Shown here piece after piece: positions 50,468-64,000 of a stretch of 64,000 bases of DNA. Origin of the DNA: Cycas panzhihuaensis (lineage: Eukaryota; Plantae; Cycadophyta); the NCBI GenBank assembly GCA_023213395.1, contig CM041465.1, positions 92,449,741-92,513,740 of the forward strand, in the 5' to 3' direction. The notes beneath the pieces are model-generated. The model was given only the letters and a program-made list of their open reading frames with translations. It was not told where the DNA came from and did not search any database. The stretch's first letter is position 1. Each line of letters opens with the position of its first letter. The position numbers and the translations under genes were made by a program.

Positions 50468-53400
50468 GTTGAAAGAGTAGTAGGAGCAACACACCAATTG
50501 CAAAGAATATAACATAATGTAGGCTTAAAATAAACCTCATACATATTATAAAAAACTAAACTTTATTAATTATTGACCTCTTTTTTAGGTTACCAAGTAG
50601 GGTACCATTTTATAACATTGGTCTACATGTAAGTAGTTGAAAAGATTAACAAAAATATCAGTTATTGTGCAAGATATTGATATATTTAGTATTATTTTTA
50701 AATATTAATTTTATAATCTTTTTAATAAAAAATACATATGATAAATAAGTTATTAGAAATAATATTATGTCACAATTTCTTCAAATTTAATGATTAGAAA
50801 AATAGATACTCTAATTGAAGGTTATGATAACATTTATTCGTCTCACTCAAAAGGTAAATTAATCCCCCTTTTTAAATAAAATAAAGGTCACATACATTAC
50901 TATAAAACCACCAATTACTAAAAAAAGGGCAGACTTAAAAAAACACATAAAAAATGGTAGCAATGATAAATTTCATGAGCCAAATCCCTTTAAATTGTTG
51001 GGTGCAATGCCTATTTATATTATTTTTCCCATTCATACTCTCTCTATATTTACTTGTATTTTATATTTTAGGTTGTGAGTTATATAATATTGGGTCCCTG
51101 GTTTGCTACTTATCGGTAGGTACCACTAGACAGGATAACAGCCGAAGGCTTCCCTTGGAGACACTTTGACTTAGAGCCTAGGAAACCTTTGTAGGGACTA
51201 TGACACTTAATAAATATTTTAAAAACCTTAAAACTTTATTTTTTGGGTTAATTTTTCAAACCTCATTTGCATAATTATATCTTCAAGGGTATTCTTATTA
51301 AAGAACTTAATAAAACCTAGTTGAGACATAATGGCATCCAACTTTGGTAATATGATTATCCCTAAATTTGATGGTTCTAACTTTTTAAATTGGAGTAAGA
51401 TGATGAGACCCATCCTTATAGCTAACAAAATGTGAGATACTGTGAGAACAGGGTATACCGAACTAGGTCAAAACCCAACAGATCCTAAGAAGCTAGCCTA
51501 CAAAGCAAATATCAAGAAAGATAATGAAGCATTTGCATTGATATTTTGTGCACTTGAAGACTACATATTTCAAAGAGTTAGTGAATCAATGATTTCCAAA
51601 TAGGCTTGGGATACTTTGTAATTAATCTATAAAGGGGTTGCCTCATCAAAATTATAGACCCTAAGAAGTAAGTTTGAAAATCTTAGGATGATGCCAAATC
51701 AATTTGTAACTAACTTTATAATAAAGGTGCAAGATACAGTCAATCAGATGAGATCACTTAAGGATACTTTGACTGAATAAAGAGTAGTTGAATGAATCTT
51801 GAGATGTGTTAGTGTTGTTAAGAGATTTAAAATGGTTTTTAGTAGCATTGGTGTATTAAATACATAAGTGTATTGAAGATAGAGTAACTAAGTGCCCTCT
51901 TGATAATAGTAGAGGAATAACAAAATACTAATGAATCTCTTAAATATGCTTTTTCCTACTAAAGCAAGAATACAATCCAATTCTCAAGTGAGTACCTTCA
52001 AGACTAGGGATCAATCTCCAAAAGGATGGAATAGGAACCCTGGGCAAGATGTGCATTAAGAAAAGTAACCTAAATATCAAGCTCCACACTAAGAAGATAG
52101 GGAGCTAACCCAAGGAATACTAGCCATGATAGGTACCAAAGGCAAGGAAGAAATCACGGGACATTCCGATGTTATCTAAATTGTCAAGGAGATATACCAT
52201 CTCAAAGGAACAATCCTAATTATTCAAATAATAGACAAAGGGAGACTCAAGTTCCATTCATGGAAAGAGGGAGACCTTCTCATATTGATAGGTCCTATCC
52301 TCGTAGTAGGAGCCTAAGTTTTCATAAAAGATATTTTTCTTATTTTACCTTTTATAATAAAGTTGGCTATATAGAAGATAAATGCTTTACTAAATATGGT
52401 CCACCAAATAAAAGAAGTGCTAATACTATTATGGAAGTAAGGGGAAATAATCATCTTTTTCTATCTAATTTCATTACCCATGAAGACAAAGATGATAGTT
52501 AGTACATTGATTTAGGTTGTTCCACTCACATGACACACAAAGAGTATCTATTTAGTATTTTGGACAGAACCAAAAGGGGATCAATTATATTTGGTGACAA
52601 CACCTCCCATGAGTCCATTGGAAGATGCAACATAGTATTGCAAATAGAATCAAGAAACTCTGGATACCTTGATGATGTACTTTATGTGCCAACCTTTAAG
52701 AAAACCTTCTATTTGTGGGAAAAATAATGGGCCAGGATTACAAGATAATATTTGATAATGGAGAATGCACTATTAAAGACAAAAAAAGAAACAAGACAAT
52801 TATAGCCAAAGGGAAAATGACTAAAGATAGACTCTTCAAACTAGTCCTTACTCCTTCTGATAATTATGCTTTAAAAATATCAATAAAGCTTGATAGTAAC
52901 ATCTGGCATAAGAGATTTGGCCACATGGATTATAGAAGTTTATCATTAATAAAGATGATGGATATGGTAGATGCATTACCATATATTGACATTGATAAAA
53001 GTATTTATGAAGGATTCCTTCTTAGAAAATAGTATAAGGAAAGTTTTCCAGATAATAATTATAGAGTCAAAGGACCTCTCTAACTAGTATACACAGATAT
53101 TTACAGTCCTATGGATATTCCCTCATTAGTAAGAGCCTAATATTTTATTACATTCATTGATGATTTTATAAGGAAAACGTGGGTTCATTTCATCAAATTC
53201 AAATTAGATGATTTTCAACACTTTGTTGACTTCAAAACCTATGTGGAAAGATAAAGTGGATATAAAATCCTCTTCCTTTGATTATATAATAGGGGAAAGT
53301 TTATTTCAAATGAATTCAAAGCTTATTGTACTCATCATAGAATCAGGAGATAACTTACAAACCCCTACATCCCCTAACAAAATGATGTAGTAGAAAGGAA

Positions 53401-55493
53401 GAACTATACTGTAGTCAAAATGGCTAAGTGTATATTAAAAGACAAGAGATTAGGATATGAATTTTAGGCTGAAGTAGTTTACATAACTATCTATTTAATC
53501 AATAGGTGTACAATCAAAGCACTAAGGTGGAAAACTCATGAAGAAGCTTAGACCGGATATAAGCCTAGTATCTATCACTTAAGAGTCTTTAGATGCTTAA
53601 CCTATATGCATATACTTGAACAAAAATGATCATAGCATTAAATACATATTCATTAGATACAATGATACCTCAAAATCTTATAAAGTCTATGATCCAAAAT
53701 CTTGAAAGGTCATGGTGAGTCAAGATGTTAAATTTTAAGAAGATGACTATTACCACACTGATGATGCTTAAAACAAAGGGAGTGGTGTGATGATAAATCT
53801 TGATTCTACTAAGTTCAAATATGTGCCACCTAGACACAAATCAAGACCAACCATTGATGTATCAAGTGGGGAGGGAACCTCTTCTCAACCTCCACCACAA
53901 CGCCTACCAAAATGGGTTCAAAGAAATCATGACATGGATAACATCTTGGATAATAATTACAATCAGAGATCTACTCGTGCCCATAGGGTAAATTTTACTC
54001 TCATGAGTCAACTTATGGAAACTCACGAGCCTCAAACCTTTGATAAGGCTAATAAACATGATTCTTGGAGAAAGGCAATGGAGGAAGAATATAATTCCAT
54101 TGTTAAAACTGATACTTGGGAATTAGTTGACTTACCTCCCAATAAAAAGGTAATTAGTACTAAGTGGGTTTATAAAAATAAGTTCTATTCTGATGGATCA
54201 ATTAACAAATATAAAGCTAGATTGGTAGCAAAATATTATGCTCAAAGAGAAGGTATTGATTATAGTGAAACATTTGTCCTGTTATACGAATAGAAACTGT
54301 ACGCATGATGATGAGCTTGGCAACACAAATATGATAGAATATTTATCAAATGGATGTCAAAAGTGCCTTCCTTAATGACTACAATGAAGAGGATATTTAT
54401 GTCTCTCAACCCCTTGGTTTTGAAATTAGGGAGGAAGAAGACAAAGTATATAAACCTAAAAAAACACCCTATGTTTTGAAGCAAGCACCCATGGCTTGAT
54501 ATTCTCACATTGATAAATATTTTAGAGATCAAGGCTTTGAAAGGTATTAATCAGATCAAAACCTATATATCAAAATTAAAAGAGGTTCTATTCTAATTGT
54601 GGGACTTTATATAGATGATCTTATCTACATTGGAAATAATCCCTACCTTTTACAAACTTTTAAAGAAGCCATGTGTAAAGAATTCGAAATGACATATTTG
54701 GGATTAATGCATTACTTCCTAGGTTTGGAAGTATGGTAGGATAAAAATGGCATCTTCATCTCTCAAAGGAAATATAACTTGGACTTATTACAAAAGTTTA
54801 AGATGACTGATTATAAACCATTAGTAATTCTAGCTGAAATTAGGATCAAACTATCCAAACTTGATGATTCTGTATCTATTGATCTTACACTTTACAAACA
54901 GTTAATTGGTAGTTTGATTTACATAATTTCTACTCAAGCAGACATCATGCATTCAGTCAATGTAGTATCCCGATTCATGCAAGACCTTAAGAGTACTCAT
55001 TGGTAAGTAGCTAAAAGGATTCTACAGTATCTTAAAGGCACTACGAAATATAGGTTATAGTATAAAGTTTCATCAAATTTTAGATTGACTAGTTATACAG
55101 ATTCAAATTGGGTAGGTGACATCGATGACAAAAAATCTATTTCAGGTTATATTTTCAATATGGGTTCAACAACCATAGTTTAGAGTACCAAGAAGTAGAA
55201 TACAATCTCTCTATCCACAGCTGAAGAAGAATATAAAGTAGTAATCTCTGGCACATGTGAAACAATTTGGCTTCGATGACTTCCCTATAAGACTTTTAGA
55301 TTAAATAGAAGGGACCAACTAAAATATGGTGTGACAATTAAAGTACTATTCAGATGACCCAGAATCCTGTATTTCATGGTAGAAAAAAGTATATAGAAAC
55401 TCAACACCACTTTATCAAAGAATTAGTTTAAGTAGCTGAGATCAAGTTAGCATATTTCAGTATAGAAGATCAAATAACAAATATATTTACAAA
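50468..55493 (+). mobile_element. Element F: decayed near-complete Ty1/copia gag-pol, 3' end interrupted by G
   Basis: Putative LTR 50468-51163 with an eroded PBS. Gag MASNFGNMIIPKFDGSNFLNW (51330), protease YIDLGCSTHMT, IWHKRFGHM, integrase, RT (WRKAMEEEY, KYKARLVAK, QMDVKSAFL, YIDDL), RNase H up to IFT at 55493. Confidence 0.88.
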
Positions 55494-58400
55494 TGAAAGA
55501 GGTTAATGTATCAAGGTCATTTGTGTAGATTAATTAAGTGACCTTATGATACATTGTTAGTATTAGTCTCTTAGTAAAATGTACTCTATGTACATTTAAA
55601 TATAATTTTAGGTTTATGTCATTAGGCAGAAAAATCCTAACTCTAATGCTCACCCTCAATAATAAAAGGTGAAATCTTAAGGAGGGAGTCATTATTCATT
55701 CTTATCTCCAAACTTGATCTCATATCTTGTTTTATCTCTTTTTCATTTTCCCTTATCATTGTGTACATATGATTGATTTATTCCCTAGATCCATCCTTCA
55801 TTCATATGGTATCAGAGATAGAAGGGGATCTTTTCACTCATTTCCACTTACATGGAGTCATTTTACATCTCCTTCACCTTCAATGTAGAGTATTGAGAGT
55901 GCACTCATCATTTTTAAAATTTCAATAGCTTAAAATTATATTACTTTATATGTTGCTACTTTTTCTATATATGAAAAATTTTAGTGATGAAAAATATAGA
56001 TTTTTAAAGCCGTTTAGTTGCTAGAACAACCTTATAAGTATTAAAGGCCTAAAATTTTATGAAAAATTTAACCATCTTAGATTTTGATGAAATTTGATAT
56101 GTAGGGTCATCTTACTAAGAGGATCATTTTTGTCTTCTGAAGTAGCTTCAGATTTAGCTTACAATAGTGAGTTTTAGCTAAAATAAAATGTTAAAATTTG
56201 TGAATAAGTAACTTAAGATACTTTTCTCAATAAAATATTTTAAATATGAACTAAAAATCTAAATAATTTTTTAAAGGATATAGTAGAATTATATCTTAGG
56301 AGCAGTTTAAGATAAATCTCGTCAAATTTCATCCTTCAGTTAGTGAGATTTTTGCAGTTTTCTTATGAATGCTTAATTTACCTACTCAACCCTACAAAAG
56401 ACATTACGAGGGCATTTTAGATATTTTTTTGGCTGATTTTAGAGATGGTGTAGAAGGAAAAGTTGATGTACATGTCAAGATGTAACTTTTGACATATTGA
56501 AGTTCAGATTCTGAGATAATGGATCTGGTAACATTATACTTTTGTGTTTTTTTTGGGCAAAAAGTTTTTCTACCTTTTCAAAATTTTGACTTCATTACCC
56601 TATCAAAAATAATATTCTGAACACTTTTTTCTTCTACCATAAATTCAAATTCTATCATTTAGGCCTTTATATTTGTAATTTTTAGAAAATTTTATCCATT
56701 TATCATTATTTGTAAATTTTGTAAAAAACTCACAAAATAAAGAAAAATAACATGCATCTAGATTTAGAAAAATCAGTATTTTAGCAACAAGTTAATATAC
56801 TTTTTTAGCCATTTATGGCTTTTGTATTAAAATTTATAAAAATATATTTAGAAATATTATACTAAAGCAAGGGAAACTTTGGATCGAAAGTACATCTGGT
56901 TCCCTTGCTAAATCTAGCATGCTTTTTCTATTTGTATACATAGCATAAAGCATTACATAAAGTAACAACAATAATAAAGCAAGTATGAAAGGCAAGCAAA
57001 CATATTTAACAACTTTCCATTTTAGTTTTTAGTTATTTAGAAACAACTTACATTATTCCTAAAAGGAATCTCATCCGTAGAATTTATATCGCTAATTCTT
57101 AACTTGTGCACACACCCGCCTTAGTTGAAATATACCATAATTGGCTGAAGTTTGTACCCTAAGAGAGATGTGAGTTTCATATTAGATATGGTCTTAACTA
57201 GAATAATGACAGATGGACATGTTAGGCATACCTACGGCATTTAATTAAGAATAATCTTAATAACCACCCTTAAAAATTTAAAACCTTAGTGCAAGATTAA
57301 AATTAACCTGGTCTAATATCTGTCACAGCCATGGGATATGCACATACCATTTAACTCTTTGAAGAAGGTATATATCTGCTCACTAGTGAATTGGATAAGG
57401 ACTAAGAGTACCTGGGCTCAACTGTGACTTGGATTTCATCACTAAGCGTAAGTGTGAGTATCGCGGGTGAATGCCCTAATCATATACTAGAAGCCTTAGG
57501 CATTGAAACCTCTCCTATATTTAGACATAAGTTAGAGGTTAGTGGTATGACACATTACCCCTCATTACCAGCTCTACATTAGGTCTCATTCTTGTATCAT
57601 TGCTTATACTTATTTTTCATAATTATTAAAAAATACTTAATCATTTCTTACTTCTCATCATATTATTTATTTCTATATCCCTGTTGTGCTAGGTATACTA
57701 GCCATATGTGTCAGTAATATATACTTTTATCATGTCTTCAACTTCTTCATCATCACTATGTCATCTCAATTCAAGTAGAATGTTAACTACATATTGAAAG
57801 GTAAAGAAAATTAGGATTTGTGGTACATTAGAGTTAAAAATATTGTAAAGTATGAAGGCCTTTAGAGAGCCTATTTGCAACTTACACCCATTATACCTAC
57901 AATAGTTACAACACCTGCTTTTGGTGGATTCGCCCCAATAACTCCTATTGATGCCACAACCAAATTACAATGGGAGATAGATGATGAAAAGATTTGTGCA
58001 AGAATTATGTTGGTTACTGATCACTCCTTCTATAACTTAATTAATGAAGAGAAACATGATACAACCTAGAAGGTTCTTGAAGTTCTCAAGAAGAACTTTG
58101 ATACCAAGTCAGATTTAGAATTTGTTCATCTTATTCTAAAAATTAACAAATTAAAAATGCAGAAGGGACAAGCTCATGAGACAATAAATCTCCTTTGACC
58201 AATAAAATAAGCAATTGACAAAGACTTTAAGACCCAATACATCACTTTAATATTCTTGATCCAATGATGCCTACATATCCATAATTATAAAAACTTGCTT
58301 GGAAGTCTTAAATCTAATGGAATATAGAAGACACTCAACTTTAAAGTACTTTCTGAGAAATTCATAGAATTTGATAAGATCTTTGATACTAACTTTGTAG

Positions 58401-59958
58401 CCTCTGACTCTCTTCTAGATGCAGCCTATGAGGTGGAAGAAGAAGTTTGGGAGAAGAAGAAGGTCCCTCTTATAGTGGAGGAAATAACCAAGTAAGAGGA
58501 AGAGGAAGAAACATGGAAAATCATCCACAAGGTCAATCAAACCCTTAGTTATAGTCTTGACAGTCTCAAGGCTAAAGGCTGCCTCAATAAAGAGCAAGAT
58601 AATCAGGCTAAACTAGTACCTCTTTAGGGATTGGGAATCAAACTATTATGTATGATCAGTATAACTATAAATGACACTTTACAAAAGACTGTAAAACTGC
58701 TACTTATAAGTTGGATAACTTCAAACCAAAATATGGAGCTCATAATATTGAAGAAACTTGTGAAGAATCCTTTAGTGGTGTAGGTTTTGTACAAGCATGC
58801 TTTTAAAGAATTAAGGGATCTTCAGCATCAAATGCCATTGACTAACCACATAGATACTTTGAAGCTCAATGTGGATATATGACTTGTGAATTCCCTTCAC
58901 CAATGCTAAGCCCTATTTGAATTACAAATAGTATGGCTTCAATCGATAGATAGTGGATCATGGATATATGAGCAACTCAACATATAACATAGAATCATAG
59001 TCTATATCAAACATTTGACTCAAATATTTAAGGAGTTATTCACATGGTTGATAAATCATAACAACTTATTGAAGGAATTGGTAACATTCACCTAAAACTA
59101 CCAGTCTTAAGAGATTTTATACTGCTTGATATCCTATATATACTTAATCTTAAATAAAACCTTCTCTCCTTATACACACTTATCTCTCATGGATTTAATC
59201 TAAATGTAACTCTAAATGACTAGACTCTCTAAGTCATTCACCCTCCAACTAATCGAGTGGTCTTGACTGGATATCTCTCTAGAAAACTCTTTCAATTGAA
59301 TGGCTTTCCATCTTCTGAAGCCCATTATGCCGAAAACCCTTGTGCTGATGAAGAATTTATATTTAACTCCATCCTAACCCACCTAACATTGTCACTAGAA
59401 GTTCTTTGGCATAATCACATGGGCCATGTTCATATTGATAGACTTAGAGATCTTTATAATACTCTTCAAAATCTTCCAAAGTTCTCCTCCAAGCCCTTCA
59501 AATATGAAGCTTGTATCATTGCCAAATCTCATTGATAGCCCTTTCTCAAAAGTTAGTAGAAATCGAGCCATCCATTACAATTGGCACACTTTGATCTGTG
59601 CAGACCAATGTATATTCTTTCACTGAAGGGCAAGTTATATTACATCTCTTTCATTGATAATTTTGCTGGAAAAGTATGGGTAGTTTTCCTACACAAGAAA
59701 GATAAAGCCTTTCGTGTATTTAAAGAATTCAAAGCCCACACTAAAAAATAGTCAGGTTATCAATTCAAATATCTTCGAACTAATAATGGTAGTGAATATA
59801 CCTCACATGAGTTTGAAATCTACCTTCGAGACAATGATATAAAACATCAAACAATAGTAGCAGGTACCCCACAGTAAAATAGAGTTGCCGAGCGAATGAA
59901 TAGGATAATCATGAACATGGCTCAAGCTATGTTGGTATATAAAAATATACCTGCCTAC
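55494..59958 (+). mobile_element. Element G: Ty1/copia with long leader, interrupted by H within integrase
   Basis: LTR ~55494-55806, PBS tggtatcagag 55807-55817, gag from ~57732, protease ATQHIT, LWHNHMGH, EACIIAKSH, integrase GTPQ*NRVAERMNRIIMNMAQAML. Confidence 0.85.
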
Positions 59959-62900
59959 TGTTTCCTGGCTTCTAGGAATGGATATGGAGTAGTCGACTCA
60001 GGTAAGCGCAGGTATGCTTTTCACCTTGTTGATTGTTTCTTTTGTGATGAATATATGCTTGCATGTTGTGATCTCGTAGATGATCTTGTCGTCACCTACA
60101 CGTATCTAACCTATGACGACTATATCGGGGGCACATTCCCAGTGAGTGTGGCACCCCGGTGGCCATATCACTTCTCGCATTCTGCCCTACTCACCCCAAG
60201 ATCCATTTGGCCCATGTCATCCTTGCCCGTATGATGACCCATCATGTTTGGTAGACTTGTCACACCTTTTGAGCCCTCATTGTTGCTTTCCATAGGTCAT
60301 TTGCTTGCTTGTCTGCCTCTGGGCAGGTGTCCCTGCCCCCCTACCAACCTCCTTGGTCATTGCCCCATAGCCTAGGCTAGCTGTTTGGGCCAGTTTTGGC
60401 CTCTGGTCCCACACTGCTGTAAATATCGTGGTACCACTATAAATATCGCAGTACCATGAAATTTACAGCGGTGCGACTGTCTCAGTTTATTTTTAAAAAT
60501 TTACTGTGGTAATTCTCATATTTTTTATAGAATTACCACATGTCTCACGACTTAACTCACCGCCAACTGTGCCCTAATCGCTTGTTTAGGGTTGAGGCTG
60601 GGTATTTAAGTCTTTCCTAATTCATTTTAGGGATCTTTTTGCCCACTTTTTGAAGGATCTCAAGGGAAAACACCCTGCTCTTTGCTGTTCTCTGCTACTC
60701 CACTACTGTTCTAGGACCTGCTATCATTCTCCAGCGCTCAACACTCCTTTGGTATGGCTGTGACATCTTACCAGCCCCTTGCACACCTTGGAGAGGACCT
60801 CCTTGGAGAGATTCTAACACTTCCTTGCTTAGGCAGCCATCAAGCATCCTCAAGTGCAGGTTCTTCCTTTAGCCATATTAGCGGGGGCTCCATACCTGCT
60901 ATTCCATAGTCCTTTTGCATATTTCTCAGCCTTCTCTCAGCAGCTCTTGACATAGGCAAATGCCTCCTTTCTTCTCCATAGGTATTTGTTAGTTTAAGGT
61001 CTTCTCTTATCCAATTTATGCCCATGTTTGCATGTTATTTCTAACTTGCCTTAGCTTGCTCTTTGGAGGTTGTTTCTTGTCTTGTTTTGGACCATTTTTC
61101 CCTACTGTTAAGGCCTTTTTTCCTATGTTTCCTGCCCAGGACAGCGGTAAAAAGGGAGTACATAAGGTTTGGGATAGAGCTGGGTGGATTCTGCACCACC
61201 TTCCACGCTTCCTAAGAGGCTTTTTGCCCTCCAAACCTTCCCTTTTGCCCCGTGCTGCTCTTAGAAGTGAAACAAGGGTTTAGCAGGCCATTTCCAGCTG
61301 CTGAAATCAGTGTTAGCACTTGTTGCAGCGCTGGTTTGAGGGCTCCTATCTTGATCCGGGTAACTCACCTAAGTCCTGGCTACTTGTCCCTTGCTCAACC
61401 TCATTTTTGACAACCCGATTTGCTTCCCATAGCACTCTGGTTTGTTGTAGACCTCTTTGAGCCTCTTTGAACTCTTGTTGCCTCCATTTCCAGCCTTCTT
61501 GCACAGCCACACCCTCATTGCCTTGTGGCTTCTTGGAGGAGGGTAGGGTTGCTCCTTGTGGGAGGTGGGCCACTCCGAGGCTTACCGACTTACCCATCAT
61601 TTATTTGGAAAGTTTTCTTTACAGTTTATCATTGCAATATTGAATGCTAACATATATGTGTAGGGGTTTATGTTTATTTCATACATACATATATTATTAG
61701 GGTTCTCTATTGTGTTGTTAGCACCCTTTCTCCGGAAAGGGATACTCCCATTTACTTGCAGGTAAACGGAGGATGCAAATGATCCATTCCTTTCTTTTTC
61801 TCGTGGGTAAGTGCTTTTGTTTATGTTTTACTTTAGCATTTTAGTTGCTACTATCATTTTGTCCTTTTTTCCTTTCTTGGCACTTTAGTGCCATTTTCGG
61901 GGAAGGTAAGGAAGCCCCACGCTTCGGTCTACCGCAACCCTTCTCGTTTGCTGTACTTTGTGGAGTGATTTTGGATACCTCGTGGGAATGCGGCCACTTT
62001 AAACGGGTCTCTATTCCAAGTATGTACCCTCGTTCTATTTTGTTCCTTTTCTTTTGAAAGGTTTTATATGGTAGTAATCAACTCATTTGAAAGGTAAGGG
62101 GAACCAACTTTATCTCTTGACTTATATTCCGTTTGTTACTTTTTCTCGCATTATATCTATCATAGGAAAAGGTCTTAGGAGATTTCCCCTTTTCACCTTT
62201 TCCCCTTCACCTTGCAAACTCCATCCTTGTCTCATTAACTTATTACGCTTGGTTAGTTTGCTTGCATGCACCATAGCTCTTTCTTTTTATTGTTCTCTTC
62301 ATCCTTCCTTGGTTTTCTCCCACTTAGCTGGGTAACCGAGAAGATCTCATTTGTAGGTTGCTTACTTGCTCATCCTTTCCTCGTTTCCCTCTGCTCTAGG
62401 GAAACCCATCGAAGGGTTCTCTCCTTTCCCTTTCGGCCATCCAAGGGTGGGAGGATCCTTCCCCTAGGTCTACCAAGGCTGATCTTCCGCCTCCTCTCTT
62501 CTCGTTTGAAGTGGGGAACCATCTCTAGGTAGCTGGATACCATCCGTAGGTCCCGAACTGGCGCTCCAGTGTACAGAGCGCCTTGCATGGTATTTGCCTT
62601 ACTCATAGGTCCTTATCTACACTTGATAGTGTCATTGACCACCTTTGTTATTCCTACTCAGTTAGGTAGCTATCTCATAGACGCGCATCCAGTGGCAACC
62701 ATACTGGGGATCTGCCAGTAAAGGAGCTAGTCTTTGCTCTTTTCTCTTGGTATCACTACCTCTTTGTGGTTTTCTCCTACTTCGTTCTCTTCGTTGGGCA
62801 GCCCCCAACGCGTGCCCTTTATCACCTTTTCTTTCTCCTACAGTGTTGGTTAACCTTGTGTGTGATATTTCTCTCGTCGCTTACGTGGTCTACCTCCATT

Positions 62901-64000
62901 GTTGGAAGATCCCAGGTATCATCCTCTTCCTTCGTCAGATTCTGATTCGACTATGGAAGGATACCCTTCTAATTGAGTCTACCACACCTTAGTTTTGGAA
63001 ACTCATGAGTTTCTCTCTTCTATTCTAGGATCCACTCAAGAGGGTGATGATCTTATTTACTATCCGGGTGACCAACATCACCTGCTTGATGCCCATCCCT
63101 CTACCCATGCGGTAGAAGGATCCTTTCCTCTTGAGATTTACCACTCGGTTGGTGATTCTTATGAGGAACATCCCGAGGGATCTACTTCGTTTGAGGTCCC
63201 GTCTACCTCTTATGAGTGTGTAGATACCCCTCCTGTCGATGTGGTTGAAGCCTTTAACGAGTGTCGTCGCGCTACTCGCTTTCAACCATGTCCTAGATGG
63301 TTTGAGGATGCTTTCCATGGGGGACCCTCTTCCTCGTCTATTCCTTCCCCTCTTTCTTCATCCTCATCTACTCCTCTTGTAATAACCAATCCCTTCGTAC
63401 CTACACATACGTCCTGCTCCTTCCCTATTGCTGTTGTGGGGATGCATGTTGCGCCTTCTATCCCTCGCCAAGGTCCTAGTGCTTCAGGACCTTCCCGCGG
63501 TATGTCCTTCCCTCAGTTGAAGGTTAGCATATCCTTTCCTAGCCAAACTAATGTGCCATCCTCTAATGTGACACACACTTTTCCTAGTAGGCCTATTGGT
63601 CCTACTAACCCTCTAGCCACTAGTCATGTGGGACCTACTCTTACACACTCTCAAAATCAACATGTTGGTGCTTCCTTTTACATCCCCCTAGGATATACTT
63701 CTCAACCTTGGGGGCAAGGTAGAGGAAACCACCTCCCAGCTTATGGAGTGGATCCACTACACCCATATGGGATTGGCCCACCTATGGGTAGCCCATATGG
63801 GCAAAACCCAATTCCACATCCACCTTTTCCATCATCTAGTACAATCCCTTTTGTCATGCCTTTGTAAGGGAATCTGACTCCCTTCCAAGGCACTTATCCT
63901 CAAGCCCCCTTCCAGCAAGGGGCATTTCCTCAAGGAGCAATGGGTGTGCCGCCCCCGTCCGCTCCTTGCTCAGTACCTACTACATCATTCATTGATCCTA
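59959..64000 (+). mobile_element. Element H: Ogre/Tat-like Ty3/gypsy related to E (5' LTR 59959-62691, PBS, gag start; runs off window)
   Basis: TG start abuts the G integrase, CA end at 62691, tRNA-Arg-type PBS tggcaaccatactgggga 62693-62710. Shares LTR blocks with E, e.g. tttcccttycggccatccaagggtrggagg. Confidence 0.85.
62995..63867 (+). pseudogene. gag: Pro/Ser-rich gag N-terminal region of element H
   Basis: 290-codon frame just downstream of the PBS, homologous to E 40490-41270. No ATG start and a premature stop. Confidence 0.7.

Noticed and set aside
62995-63867. 290-aa ORF as a host gene
   Set aside because: Lies just after an LTR and PBS and is homologous to the gag N-terminus of E.

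Overview
AT-rich land-plant genomic window. The only intact host gene is a two-exon linker histone H1 on the minus strand (12541-13634). Almost everything else is retroelement debris: a decayed Ty3/gypsy gag-protease, several L1-type LINE remnants, a tRNA-derived SINE, and nested LTR retrotransposons. The nests are copia A containing B, copia C containing D, an old copia containing Ogre/Tat-like E, and copia F interrupted by G, which is interrupted by Ogre/Tat-like H. Most notable observations: (i) non-autonomous element B carries antisense captured host fragments, a vacuolar processing enzyme (legumain) C-terminus and a receptor-kinase motif; (ii) three copia families carry extra 'LTR-end + tRNA-Met PBS' modules, and element A has an array of five, one spacer being an inverted copy of its own PPT/U3 junction; (iii) the young, CpG-rich, gag-protease-only element E has two tandem hairpins whose differences preserve pairing and a perfect 40-bp LTR palindrome. 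All calls come from reading the sequence by eye; no database search was run.
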